This document shows positions 32,881 through 43,314 of a stretch of 64,000 nt of DNA, in pieces. Source of the DNA: a virus; IMG/VR virus record IMGVR_UViG_3300049259_000288, positions 12,961-76,960 of that record; one strand, written 5' to 3'. The position numbers were made by a program, and so were the translations under genes. How positions within the stretch are numbered: the first letter of the stretch is position 1; every line of letters starts with the position of its first letter. The notes under the pieces were generated by a model. That model was not told the origin of the DNA. It worked only from the letters and a program-made list of their open reading frames with translations, and made no database searches.

Positions 32881-35189
32881 TGCGCACGATCCCGACGCCG
32901 ATGCGAGAGCGGTGGGAGGCCGGCGGCCCGTTCGTCGGTGACGCCGGTCGCCCGAACGGCTACGTGACCGTGCAGCCCGACTGGTCGTTGCACGAGACGA
33001 GCTCGGTCACCACCCCGATCACGAGCAAGTTGCCGTTCCGCTGGTTCCAGAACCTCGACAACGACCAGACGGAGATCGTCGTCCCGAACGTGCGCGCCAT
33101 CGTGAAGGACCGGTCGCTCGACGCCGACTCCAACACGTGCGAGATCGTGATGGTCAACACGAGGATGGGCTCGAACGTCGGCAACCCCGGCGGGATCGGT
33201 CAACCGGGCTACTACTCGTGGGACTACGGCTCTCCGGCCGCCGCCGCCCGATGGGGCCAGGTCATCCACTCGTGGTCGAACGTGCTCATCCCCAACGCCC
33301 TGTTGCGGACCTACCAGGGGTACGGCGGCTGGGACGGCAACGCGCAGATCCCGCTCGCGGATGCCATCGAGGCCGGGTACGTGGTGCTCACCGGGCTGTG
33401 GCTCATCGACGAGGTCACGCCCAGCACCAACGCGCTGCAGACCATCAAGTGCCGGGACATGTTCAAGCTGCTGATCGAGCAGCCGATCTACGGCTACTTC
33501 GCCGGCATCATCCCGTACTTCCGGCCCGTGGGACACACCGAGGTCGCGTACCCGCTTGACTACCGGCGGTACTGGTACGAGGAGATCGTCAACCCCGCAG
33601 TCCCCGTCTACGACTTCACCGACCCCGTCGCCTCGGGGCCTGGCGGCGAAGGCCCGAAGTACATCACCGACGTCTCGATGTCCGCTGACGGCAAGGGCTA
33701 CTGGCTCGTCGGCACCGACGGCGGTGTGTTCACGTTCGGCACCAAGTTCTACGGGTCACGCGGCGGTGTCACCGACACCGACTCGATGGTGTCGATCGCC
33801 GCTGACCCGCGCAACCACGGCTACTGGCTGCTGTCCGAGGACGGCGGCGTGTTCACCGAAGGCGATGTCGACTTCTTCGGTGCGGGCGCCGGCGGCGGAA
33901 CGCCCAACTACCGGCGGATCCGTGCGCACCCGTCCGGTGATGGGTACTGGACGGTCCGCAAGGACGGCACCGTCGAGGCGTTCGGCGCTGCCGTGCACCA
34001 CGGCGACCATCCGGCGACGGCGTTCGACATCATCGACATCTGCCCTACCAAGTCTGGCAACGGCTACTGGTTGCTCGCGATCGACGGCGCCATCTACACC
34101 TACGGCGACGCGCTGTTCTACGGCCGTGCCGCGGCGAGCCTCGACATCTCCGTCGCGATGTGCGCGACACCCGACGGGAAGGGCTACTGGATTGTCAGTT
34201 GGAACGGCGTGCTCCGTGCCTACGGATCCGCGCCGACGCTCAGGCTCAACGGTGCCGATTACGCTGGCCATCTCAACGACCCGATGGTCGGCATCGCCGC
34301 CACCCCCACCGGTCACGGCGTCGTGCTCGCCGGCGGCGACGGCGGCGTGTTCACCTACGGCGACGGCCCCTTCTACGGGTCGCTGCCAGCTGGGTTCACG
34401 TACTTCGTGCAGCACCCGGGGAACTATCTCGACTACCGAGACATCGTGAAGGATCTGCTTCGGTGGGCGGGGTTCCTCGCCTACGGCGACGGCGGCGACA
34501 GCGTGTACGGCACGCTCGAGGCCACCGGGGCGTTCTCTGACGACAAGCTGCCGAAGGAGATGTTCGACAAGGTCCCGGTGATCGACGCTCTCAAGAAGAT
34601 CAAGGAAGTCGTCGGCTACAACCTGTGGTGCGGCGACGAAGGCGAGGCGCGGTTCCAGCAGCCGAACTGGTATGCGCTCGGCAATCTGATCGAGGACAAC
34701 TCACGTGTCGAGGACGTCCCCGAGATCGACGAGCGGATCCAGCTCGTCGACTACAGCGTGCCCTACAACGACAAGAGCACGCGCTCGTCGATCATCGTCG
34801 CGAGCGTCGATCCCACCGCCGGTCTTGACGCCATCGTGTCCACTGAGGCACCGCTGACGTCACCGCTGCTGCGCGGCATGAAGCGGCCCATGATGATCGT
34901 CAACGGCAACCTCACGAACATCTACGAGCAGTGGCGGATGATCGATCTCATCAAGCGGCACCTTGAGTTCGCGTACCGTCCGGGTAGCGCGACCTGCTGG
35001 GCGACACCGATGATCCAGCTGAACGACCAGGTTCGCATCTACGAGCGGCAGACAGCGGAGACGGCCATCCACTATGTGCGCGGCATCCACGACGAGATGG
35101 TGCTCGATTCGAGTGGTGAAGCGTCCTGGATGATGTCGGTGACAACGATCTGGTTGGGAGAGGCTGATGACTTCGTTCTCACAGAGTGA
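32880..35189 (+). CDS. baseplate hub/Tal with six inserted GxGYW..xxDG repeats
   Basis: LLRTYQGYG...TGLWLIDEV...IKCRD; six beta-propeller-like repeats; C-terminal PMIQLNDQVRI. Confidence 0.75.
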   Translation: MRTIPTPMRERWEAGGPFVGDAGRPNGYVTVQPDWSLHETSSVTTPITSKLPFRWFQNLDNDQTEIVVPNVRAIVKDRSLDADSNTCEIVMVNTRMGSNVGNPGGIGQPGYYSWDYGSPAAAARWGQVIHSWSNVLIPNALLRTYQGYGGWDGNAQIPLADAIEAGYVVLTGLWLIDEVTPSTNALQTIKCRDMFKLLIEQPIYGYFAGIIPYFRPVGHTEVAYPLDYRRYWYEEIVNPAVPVYDFTDPVASGPGGEGPKYITDVSMSADGKGYWLVGTDGGVFTFGTKFYGSRGGVTDTDSMVSIAADPRNHGYWLLSEDGGVFTEGDVDFFGAGAGGGTPNYRRIRAHPSGDGYWTVRKDGTVEAFGAAVHHGDHPATAFDIIDICPTKSGNGYWLLAIDGAIYTYGDALFYGRAAASLDISVAMCATPDGKGYWIVSWNGVLRAYGSAPTLRLNGADYAGHLNDPMVGIAATPTGHGVVLAGGDGGVFTYGDGPFYGSLPAGFTYFVQHPGNYLDYRDIVKDLLRWAGFLAYGDGGDSVYGTLEATGAFSDDKLPKEMFDKVPVIDALKKIKEVVGYNLWCGDEGEARFQQPNWYALGNLIEDNSRVEDVPEIDERIQLVDYSVPYNDKSTRSSIIVASVDPTAGLDAIVSTEAPLTSPLLRGMKRPMMIVNGNLTNIYEQWRMIDLIKRHLEFAYRPGSATCWATPMIQLNDQVRIYERQTAETAIHYVRGIHDEMVLDSSGEASWMMSVTTIWLGEADDFVLTE

Positions 35190-35353
35190 CGACGAGCCGG
35201 TCGACCCGCGACGCCTGCCGCTCACGCCGATCACTGGCCGTTCACGCAGGCTGCTGCTGACCCAGCTCGACAAGAGCGACAGCGAGGTCGTCGTCATGCG
35301 GCCGCACATGATGCGCAGCATCCCCACGATCATCGAGCCGGAGGAGGATACCG

Positions 35354-35743
35354 ATGCCACAGCCAGGCCCGGCGATCCGCCCGTTTGAGGTTCGTCGTGA
35401 GCAGATCGACCGTGTTGAGGCACTCGCGGGTGGCGTGTTCCGGTACTGCACGTCCTTCGCCGTGCATGGCGCTGGCGAAGCTGCCGTTGATATCAACTTC
35501 CCCGTGAAGTTCTCCGAGTTGCCGAACGTCAGCGACGGCACGAGCCTCAAAGCCGGCTCCGTCGTCGAGGAAGGCAACATGCCACACGGCCACGCCTGCG
35601 TTCTCGAGTGGCAGTTCGACGGGGCCGACGCGTACATCGGCGCGACGGTCGGGCTTGTCATGTACGGCTCCGACGACCAGGACGCCCTCATCCACCTCGG
35701 CGTCGAAGGCAAGGCGCTGCAGGCGCCGTTCCCGACGTCGTAG
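35354..35743 (+). CDS. minor tail protein
   Basis: GGAGG RBS; FPVKFSELP motif. Confidence 0.6.
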   Translation: MPQPGPAIRPFEVRREQIDRVEALAGGVFRYCTSFAVHGAGEAAVDINFPVKFSELPNVSDGTSLKAGSVVEEGNMPHGHACVLEWQFDGADAYIGATVGLVMYGSDDQDALIHLGVEGKALQAPFPTS

Positions 35744-38700
35744 TGGCCGCCTGGGCTCCCATCGCCGACCTTCCCGAAGTCGGCGACACGTGGTCGGTGT
35801 GCGCGCACGCCGGCAAGGTGTACCTCACCCTCGGGCGGACGCCCACCTACGGCGCCGGCTACCCGTGGATCCTTGAGTACGACCCGGTCGCGGACACCTA
35901 CACCCAGAAGGCGGAGTGCCCGCACCCGTGCAGCTACGGAAGCTTCGCGTACTGGGACGGGGTGTTCTACCTGATCGGCGGCGACGACGTCGACGACAAC
36001 AGCACCCGCGTGCTCGGGTACGACATCGCCACCGACACCTGGTTCGAGTGTGCTGCGCTGCCGTACAAGTCCGAGGACGGCGCGGCGATCGCGATCGCCG
36101 GCGGGGCAGGCGGCAAGATCGTCGTCACCGGCGGCTACGACGACACGACCCTGCACGGCCACACCCAGGTCTACGACATCGCCACCGACACGTGGTCGGT
36201 TGGCACCGACTGGCCTGGCGTCATCGGCTATCACGCCATGGTCCCCGGCGCCACCAGCGGCACGGTGCAGACCATCGGCGGCTACGGGAACCTCACCGGC
36301 CCCGACGACCCGCGCGACGACATGATCGTCGTCTACGAGTACACGCTCGCCACGAGCACATGGGCGCACGTCGGCGACGTCTCCCTCCCGATCGACGGGC
36401 CCGCGTTTACCCAGGTCGGCACCGACGCGTATCTGGTGTCCGGCACCTACATCCCCGATGCTGACTACGTGCCGACCGTGCAGGTGTGGGGCATCGCGTC
36501 GCACGCACCGCAGCACGACACCGACTACCCGTCCGGCATCTGGGCAGCAGCAGCAACGGCGATCGGCACGACGATCTTCGTGTTCGGCGGCTACGCCACC
36601 GGGCCTGGCGAGACAGCCGGCGCGTACAAGCTCGCCACCGACCCGCAACCCGGCTGGCCGAGTTCACCGGTGCCGTCCGAGACCCCCGGCGACTCCGCCT
36701 ACCGGCCGCTCCTCATCCCCGACCCCGGCGGGTCGTCCGACGTCAGCGGAACGCTCGACGCCACGACGGTCGGCGCGACGTCGAGGGGCTACGACCCGTA
36801 CGCGACCTTCGGCTACGGGTCGAGCATCTGGATCAAGTTCCCGCGGCTGCCAGAAGGAGCGTTCGTTCACGTCACCGTGCACGGCGGCGCGTTTGGTGCG
36901 AGCTGGTTCGCGGCCCTCTACCGCGTCACTCCCGGCAACTTCTTCGGGAGCAGCAGCGGCGGCAACCAGCTCGCCGGCGCGACCGTTGAGCTCGACAACA
37001 CGTTCATCCCGAGCGACGGGACCTACGACTACTTGCTCGTCGTCGTCTCGCAGACCACCGACGAGCACGCGTTCACCGTCGACTGGCGCCACGCCATCCC
37101 GCTGTCGGCACCGCACAACGACGGCAAGTACAGCCTCGCCGTGCCCGAACGACGAAAGCGGCACCCGTGGTACACCAAGCCGCGCTGGGCGCAAGGCAGA
37201 GGCACGTCGAGCTACCCGACGTATCCGGGAAACCCGAACGCGTACGACGTCACCATGCGGCCCGCCCCCTATGGACCAAACGACGCGATGATCATCACGA
37301 ACGAGCACATCGGAGCCGGCGTCCGCCACGTGCACTTCACCGCTGACGCCGTGACGGTCGGTCCGCCGACGCTGCTGCGTCCTGTCACCGATGACGGTGG
37401 CGGTATCTATCACTCCGACTTCCTCGGCAACGATGGCATCGCCGCGATGATCACGAACCGCATCGAAGGCGAACCCGAGTTCTGGATCTACGGGCTTGAT
37501 GCCGCCACCCAAGCGTTCGACGTCGCGCCGGGACCGGTCGGCCTCTACAACTCGAACGCCATTTGGACGGTGCGCCTCTCAGCGACGCGCGGCTTGTTCT
37601 TCTGTGACGCCAGCCAGACGGGGATCGGGCCGTACATCTCCTCGGGCATCATCGGCATTGTCGACTTCGACGGCGTCACCCCCACGATCACGTCCATCAG
37701 TCTCGACGAAGCTCTCGGCAGCCCCACCCCGAGCACGCAGTCCACGTCGGTGTTCACGTTCACGTGGGCGACCCGGCTCACCGACACGACGGCGCTCGTG
37801 CTGTTCCGCTACTACGAGTACACGGGGCCTGACTTCCCGTTCTACACCGAGCGCCGCCGCGCCGGGGTGCTCACCATCTCCGGTTCGACCGCGACGTTCG
37901 GGCCGCTCACCGAGCTCGACCCCATCGAGAACATCGACCCCGAGAACTGGGGAATCGGGTACTACGGCCTGTTCAACTCGTTCCGGTCAGCGACACCCGG
38001 CCGTGTCGACGCGCCCGTCCGCCACTTCGACGACTCGATCGACCTCGCCGTGTTCACCATCGCGGGCGGCGCCGTCTCCATCAGCTTCGAGCCTGTACCA
38101 ATCCACCCGTTCATCATCATCGGATGGCCGATGGACTTGGGCGGAGGACTGGGCTGGGCGCTCGTCGACCCCCGGTCGTCCATCCCGAACACACTTCTCG
38201 CGCCCGTGTCTCGGTTCTCGCAGAGCGGAGTCCGCTACCCGCTGCAATCCGTCGAGGACCCCGACGTCTCCATCGACATCGAGAACGCGATCCTGATCGG
38301 CGGCTCCCCCTACGGCGACAACAACAGCGAGTATTCGCTCAACCCCGTCTACATGGTCCGGCCGACCCTCGTCGGCGACCTCGTCCTCAACACCAACTTC
38401 GGGACGGACGTCGTCACCTGCATCCAGATCCCGCCGGAACCAGCGGGGCCGCGCGACGCGCAGCACGCCACCATCATCGAAGTCGACCCGACCATCCCCG
38501 ACCCTTCCGGCTTCGCGATGGCCGCCTACACGCCGATCTACGAGTTCACCGGCGAAGCAGACAGCGGCCCCGCGTTGTTCATGGGCGACGCGCACCGTTC
38601 CGACCATGACGCCTGGCGCGCCCTCGACGGGTCCACGCTCCCGGTCCTGTTTCACGAGGGCTACCGCACCGTCGACTTCCTCGGCGTGCCGCCGTACATC

Positions 38701-40338
38701 CCGGACCAGGATCTTGACATTCGCGTCCGGTGGGTCGGCACCGGCGCGCCGGCGGTCATCGGCGTGGAAAGACCCGCCGACACCTACTTCGTTGACGCTG
38801 GCGACGTCACCACGTTCGTTGCGCACTGCATGTTCCTGCTGTCGTGGGCGTTCGACGGCACCGACCAGCCGGTGCGTGAGGCGCGCGCATCGATCACGTT
38901 CGCCAACAGTTTCAACGAGGACATCACCACCGTGCACGGGCCGTGGCTTGTCCTTCCGTTCTTCGACGCCGGGTTCCGACCGATCAAGGTGAAGGCCGCC
39001 GCCCCTACTGGCACGGTCACGGCCGGGTTCACCGTCGAGATGCGCCACGGCGACGGCACACCGTTCACCTCGACCGATGACCAGCTCGTTGTGAGCTCCC
39101 CCGACTTCTGGGTGGGCGCCGACAAGCTCGTCGACTTCGGCGACAACGGCCTCGTCAAGCTCGGCGACGCGCTCATCGCCGCAGGACCATCCGCCCCGGG
39201 CGGGCCGACGCAGATGCACGTGCTCGGCGGCGACGCTTTCGGCCCACGCGCCGATCACCACGCGCTCACCGCGGGTGTGGACGACGGCACCATCTGGGCC
39301 GCGGCGTGGCTCGGCGCGCCGACCTACGAGTACCGGATCCGCCAGTACAGCCATCTCGGCGCGCTGCTCCGCGACTTCCCGTCGCCGCACGGGATGCCGG
39401 TGCAGTTGGCGCCCACCGACGGCTGGCTCTACTACACGGTCGGCACCATGAACGTGTACGGCATCCACCTCGCTACCGGCACCGACGTCATCGTCATCGA
39501 CAGCGCCTACAACCACGACCACCTCGACAACGACAACATCGCCGGCCTCGCCGTGCTCAAGCAGCCCACAGGTGACGCGCCTGCGCCGGACGACCCGGCG
39601 ATGCCGCTCCTCCCCGACGGCATCAGGCTTCTCACCGGACGGCAAGACACCTTCCACATCACCGAACCCGGCGTCGACACGACACCCGCCGACATCCTCC
39701 GCTTCGCCGCCAGCGCCATGGTCCCCGGCACCGTGCACGCGGAGTCGGAGCGGTCGTTCGTGTACCTCGCGCGCGGCAGCCTCAGCGGCTACGACCACGG
39801 CATCGCCCGCATGTGGACTGACGGCATCACCTGGATGGAGGACCCCGTCGTCACGTTCCTCACCCCAGCGCGCGGAGCCGCCGTCGCGCTCGTCCCATCG
39901 CGGGTCGTGCACGTCCTCGCGGCGCAGGGTGTGACCGCGACGTTGCACCGCGGCCGGCAGGTCAAGACCGCGAACGTCAACGTCGGCCGGATGCGACCCA
40001 ACCATCGCGTGTCGACCGGCGGCGACCTCGTGCGCGTCGCGTGGGAGGTCACCGGCCGCGTCTACGAGAACGGTCCCGACGCGACGCCGATCGACATCAC
40101 TGGGCATCTCGTCAAGGCGGTCCTCACTGCCGACATTGCCGGTACCACGGACACGACGATCACCGTGACGCGCGACGGCACCACCGTCGGCACGGCGATG
40201 CTTCCTGCCGGTGAGACCGAATGGGAGACGCCGTTCGGCACGATCACCTGGGCGTCCGGGCAGGATGTCGACTTCACCCTCGCTCCCGGCATGGGACTCG
40301 AGGGGCTCATCGTCGAGCTCGACTGGTCGTGGTCATGA
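35743..40338 (+). CDS. large tail/receptor-binding protein with N-terminal Kelch repeats
   Basis: GKVYLTLG..YDPVADTY, FYLIGG..YDIATDTW, IVVTGG..YDIATDTW; a CBM-like segment later. Confidence 0.7.
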   Translation: MAAWAPIADLPEVGDTWSVCAHAGKVYLTLGRTPTYGAGYPWILEYDPVADTYTQKAECPHPCSYGSFAYWDGVFYLIGGDDVDDNSTRVLGYDIATDTWFECAALPYKSEDGAAIAIAGGAGGKIVVTGGYDDTTLHGHTQVYDIATDTWSVGTDWPGVIGYHAMVPGATSGTVQTIGGYGNLTGPDDPRDDMIVVYEYTLATSTWAHVGDVSLPIDGPAFTQVGTDAYLVSGTYIPDADYVPTVQVWGIASHAPQHDTDYPSGIWAAAATAIGTTIFVFGGYATGPGETAGAYKLATDPQPGWPSSPVPSETPGDSAYRPLLIPDPGGSSDVSGTLDATTVGATSRGYDPYATFGYGSSIWIKFPRLPEGAFVHVTVHGGAFGASWFAALYRVTPGNFFGSSSGGNQLAGATVELDNTFIPSDGTYDYLLVVVSQTTDEHAFTVDWRHAIPLSAPHNDGKYSLAVPERRKRHPWYTKPRWAQGRGTSSYPTYPGNPNAYDVTMRPAPYGPNDAMIITNEHIGAGVRHVHFTADAVTVGPPTLLRPVTDDGGGIYHSDFLGNDGIAAMITNRIEGEPEFWIYGLDAATQAFDVAPGPVGLYNSNAIWTVRLSATRGLFFCDASQTGIGPYISSGIIGIVDFDGVTPTITSISLDEALGSPTPSTQSTSVFTFTWATRLTDTTALVLFRYYEYTGPDFPFYTERRRAGVLTISGSTATFGPLTELDPIENIDPENWGIGYYGLFNSFRSATPGRVDAPVRHFDDSIDLAVFTIAGGAVSISFEPVPIHPFIIIGWPMDLGGGLGWALVDPRSSIPNTLLAPVSRFSQSGVRYPLQSVEDPDVSIDIENAILIGGSPYGDNNSEYSLNPVYMVRPTLVGDLVLNTNFGTDVVTCIQIPPEPAGPRDAQHATIIEVDPTIPDPSGFAMAAYTPIYEFTGEADSGPALFMGDAHRSDHDAWRALDGSTLPVLFHEGYRTVDFLGVPPYIPDQDLDIRVRWVGTGAPAVIGVERPADTYFVDAGDVTTFVAHCMFLLSWAFDGTDQPVREARASITFANSFNEDITTVHGPWLVLPFFDAGFRPIKVKAAAPTGTVTAGFTVEMRHGDGTPFTSTDDQLVVSSPDFWVGADKLVDFGDNGLVKLGDALIAAGPSAPGGPTQMHVLGGDAFGPRADHHALTAGVDDGTIWAAAWLGAPTYEYRIRQYSHLGALLRDFPSPHGMPVQLAPTDGWLYYTVGTMNVYGIHLATGTDVIVIDSAYNHDHLDNDNIAGLAVLKQPTGDAPAPDDPAMPLLPDGIRLLTGRQDTFHITEPGVDTTPADILRFAASAMVPGTVHAESERSFVYLARGSLSGYDHGIARMWTDGITWMEDPVVTFLTPARGAAVALVPSRVVHVLAAQGVTATLHRGRQVKTANVNVGRMRPNHRVSTGGDLVRVAWEVTGRVYENGPDATPIDITGHLVKAVLTADIAGTTDTTITVTRDGTTVGTAMLPAGETEWETPFGTITWASGQDVDFTLAPGMGLEGLIVELDWSWS

Positions 40339-43247
40339 CAAACAGGGTTCGGCTGTACGACGGCACCACCATCACGCCGGCGCTCGACTTCAACGCGTAC
40401 CACGGGCGGTGGACGTGCACCGTCGACCCGTTCACGTGGCCGACGGGCACCGACGGCACGTTCTTCGAGTACGACTTCGCGGTCGCCGACCCGCTCGACT
40501 CGACGCTGTTCTACTGGTTCTACATCGGGTGCAACACGGCGCTGCCGACGTCGACGGTCACCGGCGGGTTCACCTTCGACAGCGACGCCCCGCCGGCCTG
40601 GGCTGACTACTGGGGTGTTGGGCACAAGGCCAAGACCGCGTATGACGGCACGTACCCGTCGCCGATCATCTACGACGGCACCTACACCGCGTACAACGTC
40701 TCGACACCCGCGTTCAGCGTTGACGTGGCGAGCCACCCCGACTGGTATCAGCACGCCCCGGTGCCGCCGTGGGATCCGCCGGACATCACGATGCCGGCGT
40801 CGGGCATCACCATCAACTCCGCGGTGACCGACATCCTCATGGTGAGCTGGAACTACCCGTCGACCGGCGGCGGGCTCAAGGACGCCGACATCCGCGTCGT
40901 ACTCGACGCGGACGACACGATCGTCTGGCACACCGAAGCGCGCGGCGGCGTGTCACTCGCGCACGAGCTGGCGACCCCGTACTCCGCGCTCACCGGCCCA
41001 GCGACGCTACAGGTACGCCACCAACCGTGGAACACCTACGGCTGGTCGGACTGGGCGTCGATCCCGATCACGTTGGCGCCGACGATCGTCGAGAACGCCG
41101 ACTGCTTCCGCCAGCAGATCATCGGCTCAGCGCCGGTCGTCGCCTATCTGTTCCAAGACACCGAGCCCCCCGTCGTCGAGGACATCAGCGGCCACGGGTT
41201 CGACGGGCAATGGCAGGTCGACTACCGGCCGGTGTTCATGAACACGCCGGCGGCTTGGCAGAACAGCCTCGGCGGAAGCAGCAACAACAAGTTCGGACCA
41301 GCGAACTACGGCATGGCCGGACAGGTGTACCCGGTCGCGTTCTACAAGTTCTATTACACGCCGGGCGACCCGGGCAACCTCGACGTCGGCGACACCATGT
41401 CGTACATGGCGACCATGCCCGCCGACTACTCGATCGCGACGCCCGCCGGCTGGACAGCGCACGTCGACAACGTCGTGAGTGGTGGTGTGCGCGCCTACTT
41501 CGCGACCAAGGTCCACGAAGCGAGCGACCCCGACACCTATCCGTTCACGATGACCGGTCCCGGCGACCCGTTCGGCGTCGGCGTGTCCCTGACCGGCGTG
41601 TTCCAGGACGTCACGCTCGCCGACGTCGACATGATCGTGCAAGGCGACGACGACCACTGGCACTGGCCGGGGTTCACCGCCGGATCGTGCACCGACTTCA
41701 TGTTCTGCATCGGGTTCGCGGAGCCCACCGTCGGCAGCGTCAACGGCCCGCCCTACTTCGCCTCCGGGTTCGTCAGCTACGGCGCCGGCGGCTACCTCGT
41801 GTTCGGCGGCTTCACCCCGCGCGTGGTCGGCACCTATTCCGACTACACGATGCCAGCCGAGGCGCCGGGATATCACGGCTACCGCGTCGCGGTGATCGTG
41901 AAGTTCGAGACGACGGATACGTTCACGCCGGCGCCGATCACGATCACGGTCCCGAACCCCGCCGCCACTTACGCCGGCCGGGAAGCGTGGATGCTGCTCG
42001 AGGCCGAAGCTGACTCCGGGTACCGGTACCACCCGACGTACCTACTCCCGCCGCGCTCACCGTCAACGCCCGCTGGGTGGACGCTCATCGGCGACGTCGT
42101 GTTCGAGGACACGCGGTGGCTCGCGCTTCGGCGCGTTATCCAGGCCGGCGACCCGGACACCGTGGACGTGACATGGCCCGACCGGTACGCGACGCAGAAG
42201 TGGGCCGTCGCCTTCTCCCAGGAGCAAGCCGGTCTGCCCTTCGAGTCGAACGACCATGCGCTTGTCGTTGGCGACGCACAGGTCGGATACTCGACGCCGA
42301 GCTTCGACGAGCCCGGCTCGGTCACGTACATGCGGTTCCTCCGACGCCACGCCAAGGGTGACACCATCCCGTTCGGGCACATCACCAACGCCGGTACCGG
42401 CGAAGGCGTCGGCGGCGCGATCACCTCGGGAGCGAACGCCGCGTCGTTCAAGGGGAACCTGCCCGGCCAGTCGACGGTCCTGAGTGTCGCCAACGTGCAC
42501 GACCCGGTGTTCGACACCGACTCCGGCATCGAAGGGATCATCGTCGTCGCCACCCACCACGACTGGGACGACTACCCGATCCTCAACCAGCACCCGGCGC
42601 CCGTGTGCGACGCGGGCTGCGACGAGAACCTCGGCTACCTCGCGGGACTGTGGCGCGGCGACGACTCGAGCCTCGACACCGCGGATCGGGTCTATCCCTC
42701 GCTCCAATACATCGCCAACGCCGACGCCCACGGCGACGGCACGTCCGTCGCGATGGAGCTCGTGTTCCGGTTCCCCCGGTCGCTCGGCGCAAACGACATC
42801 GACCGAGGCGTTTGGCTGTCCGCCGGCGGAACCCTCTCGGCCTCGATCAGCTCCTACTTCACCGGCTACTACACGTGGATCACGATGGACGACGGGAGCA
42901 CGATCATCTTCTCGGAGGAGTTCCCGTTCGAGCTGGGGTGCTGGTACCACCTCGTCGCGAGCTTCTACGCCGGCAAGTTCCATGTGTTCATCAACGGGCT
43001 CGAAGTCCGTTCGCAGTCCACGTCGAGGACGCCGCACGCTGACTACAGCGGCGCGATGATGACCGCCGACGCCGACGTCCTCCTCGCCGCCTACTACCGC
43101 GACGAGCTCGACAGCGAGGCGATCCGAGCGCACTTCCGGCACCTCTGCGACCTCTGCGGGAACACGTGGACGAAGCGCCAGGTGCTCCGCGGCCGGCTTG
43201 CCGTCACCGGCGTCACCGGAACGGTCGTCAAGATCAAGCCGCACTAG
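40335..43247 (+). CDS. large tail protein with LamG/ConA-like domain
   Basis: Aromatic and beta-rich; C-terminal WYHLVASF...VFING...AYYRDELD...IRAH. Confidence 0.65.
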   Translation: MTNRVRLYDGTTITPALDFNAYHGRWTCTVDPFTWPTGTDGTFFEYDFAVADPLDSTLFYWFYIGCNTALPTSTVTGGFTFDSDAPPAWADYWGVGHKAKTAYDGTYPSPIIYDGTYTAYNVSTPAFSVDVASHPDWYQHAPVPPWDPPDITMPASGITINSAVTDILMVSWNYPSTGGGLKDADIRVVLDADDTIVWHTEARGGVSLAHELATPYSALTGPATLQVRHQPWNTYGWSDWASIPITLAPTIVENADCFRQQIIGSAPVVAYLFQDTEPPVVEDISGHGFDGQWQVDYRPVFMNTPAAWQNSLGGSSNNKFGPANYGMAGQVYPVAFYKFYYTPGDPGNLDVGDTMSYMATMPADYSIATPAGWTAHVDNVVSGGVRAYFATKVHEASDPDTYPFTMTGPGDPFGVGVSLTGVFQDVTLADVDMIVQGDDDHWHWPGFTAGSCTDFMFCIGFAEPTVGSVNGPPYFASGFVSYGAGGYLVFGGFTPRVVGTYSDYTMPAEAPGYHGYRVAVIVKFETTDTFTPAPITITVPNPAATYAGREAWMLLEAEADSGYRYHPTYLLPPRSPSTPAGWTLIGDVVFEDTRWLALRRVIQAGDPDTVDVTWPDRYATQKWAVAFSQEQAGLPFESNDHALVVGDAQVGYSTPSFDEPGSVTYMRFLRRHAKGDTIPFGHITNAGTGEGVGGAITSGANAASFKGNLPGQSTVLSVANVHDPVFDTDSGIEGIIVVATHHDWDDYPILNQHPAPVCDAGCDENLGYLAGLWRGDDSSLDTADRVYPSLQYIANADAHGDGTSVAMELVFRFPRSLGANDIDRGVWLSAGGTLSASISSYFTGYYTWITMDDGSTIIFSEEFPFELGCWYHLVASFYAGKFHVFINGLEVRSQSTSRTPHADYSGAMMTADADVLLAAYYRDELDSEAIRAHFRHLCDLCGNTWTKRQVLRGRLAVTGVTGTVVKIKPH

Positions 43248-43280
43248 TCACCCAGCGTGGTGTCACCGTTCGTCCAGGCG

Positions 43281-43306
43281 TGAAACTCGGTTCCGATCCT
43301 GCCGAT
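43281..43306 (+). promoter_or_regulatory. sigma-28-type late promoter (lysis cassette)
   Basis: TGAA-N16-GCCGATTT; GTG at 43315. Confidence 0.75.
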
Positions 43307-43314
43307 TTAGAGAC

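Noticed and set aside
15062-43244. Long minus-strand ORFs (e.g. 16689-19262, 28421-32269, 37987-40107)
   Set aside because: Antisense shadows of GC3-rich plus-strand structural genes, with no recognisable motifs.
32880-43247. Diversity-generating retroelement acting on tail proteins
   Set aside because: No reverse transcriptase and no TR/VR repeat pair noticed.
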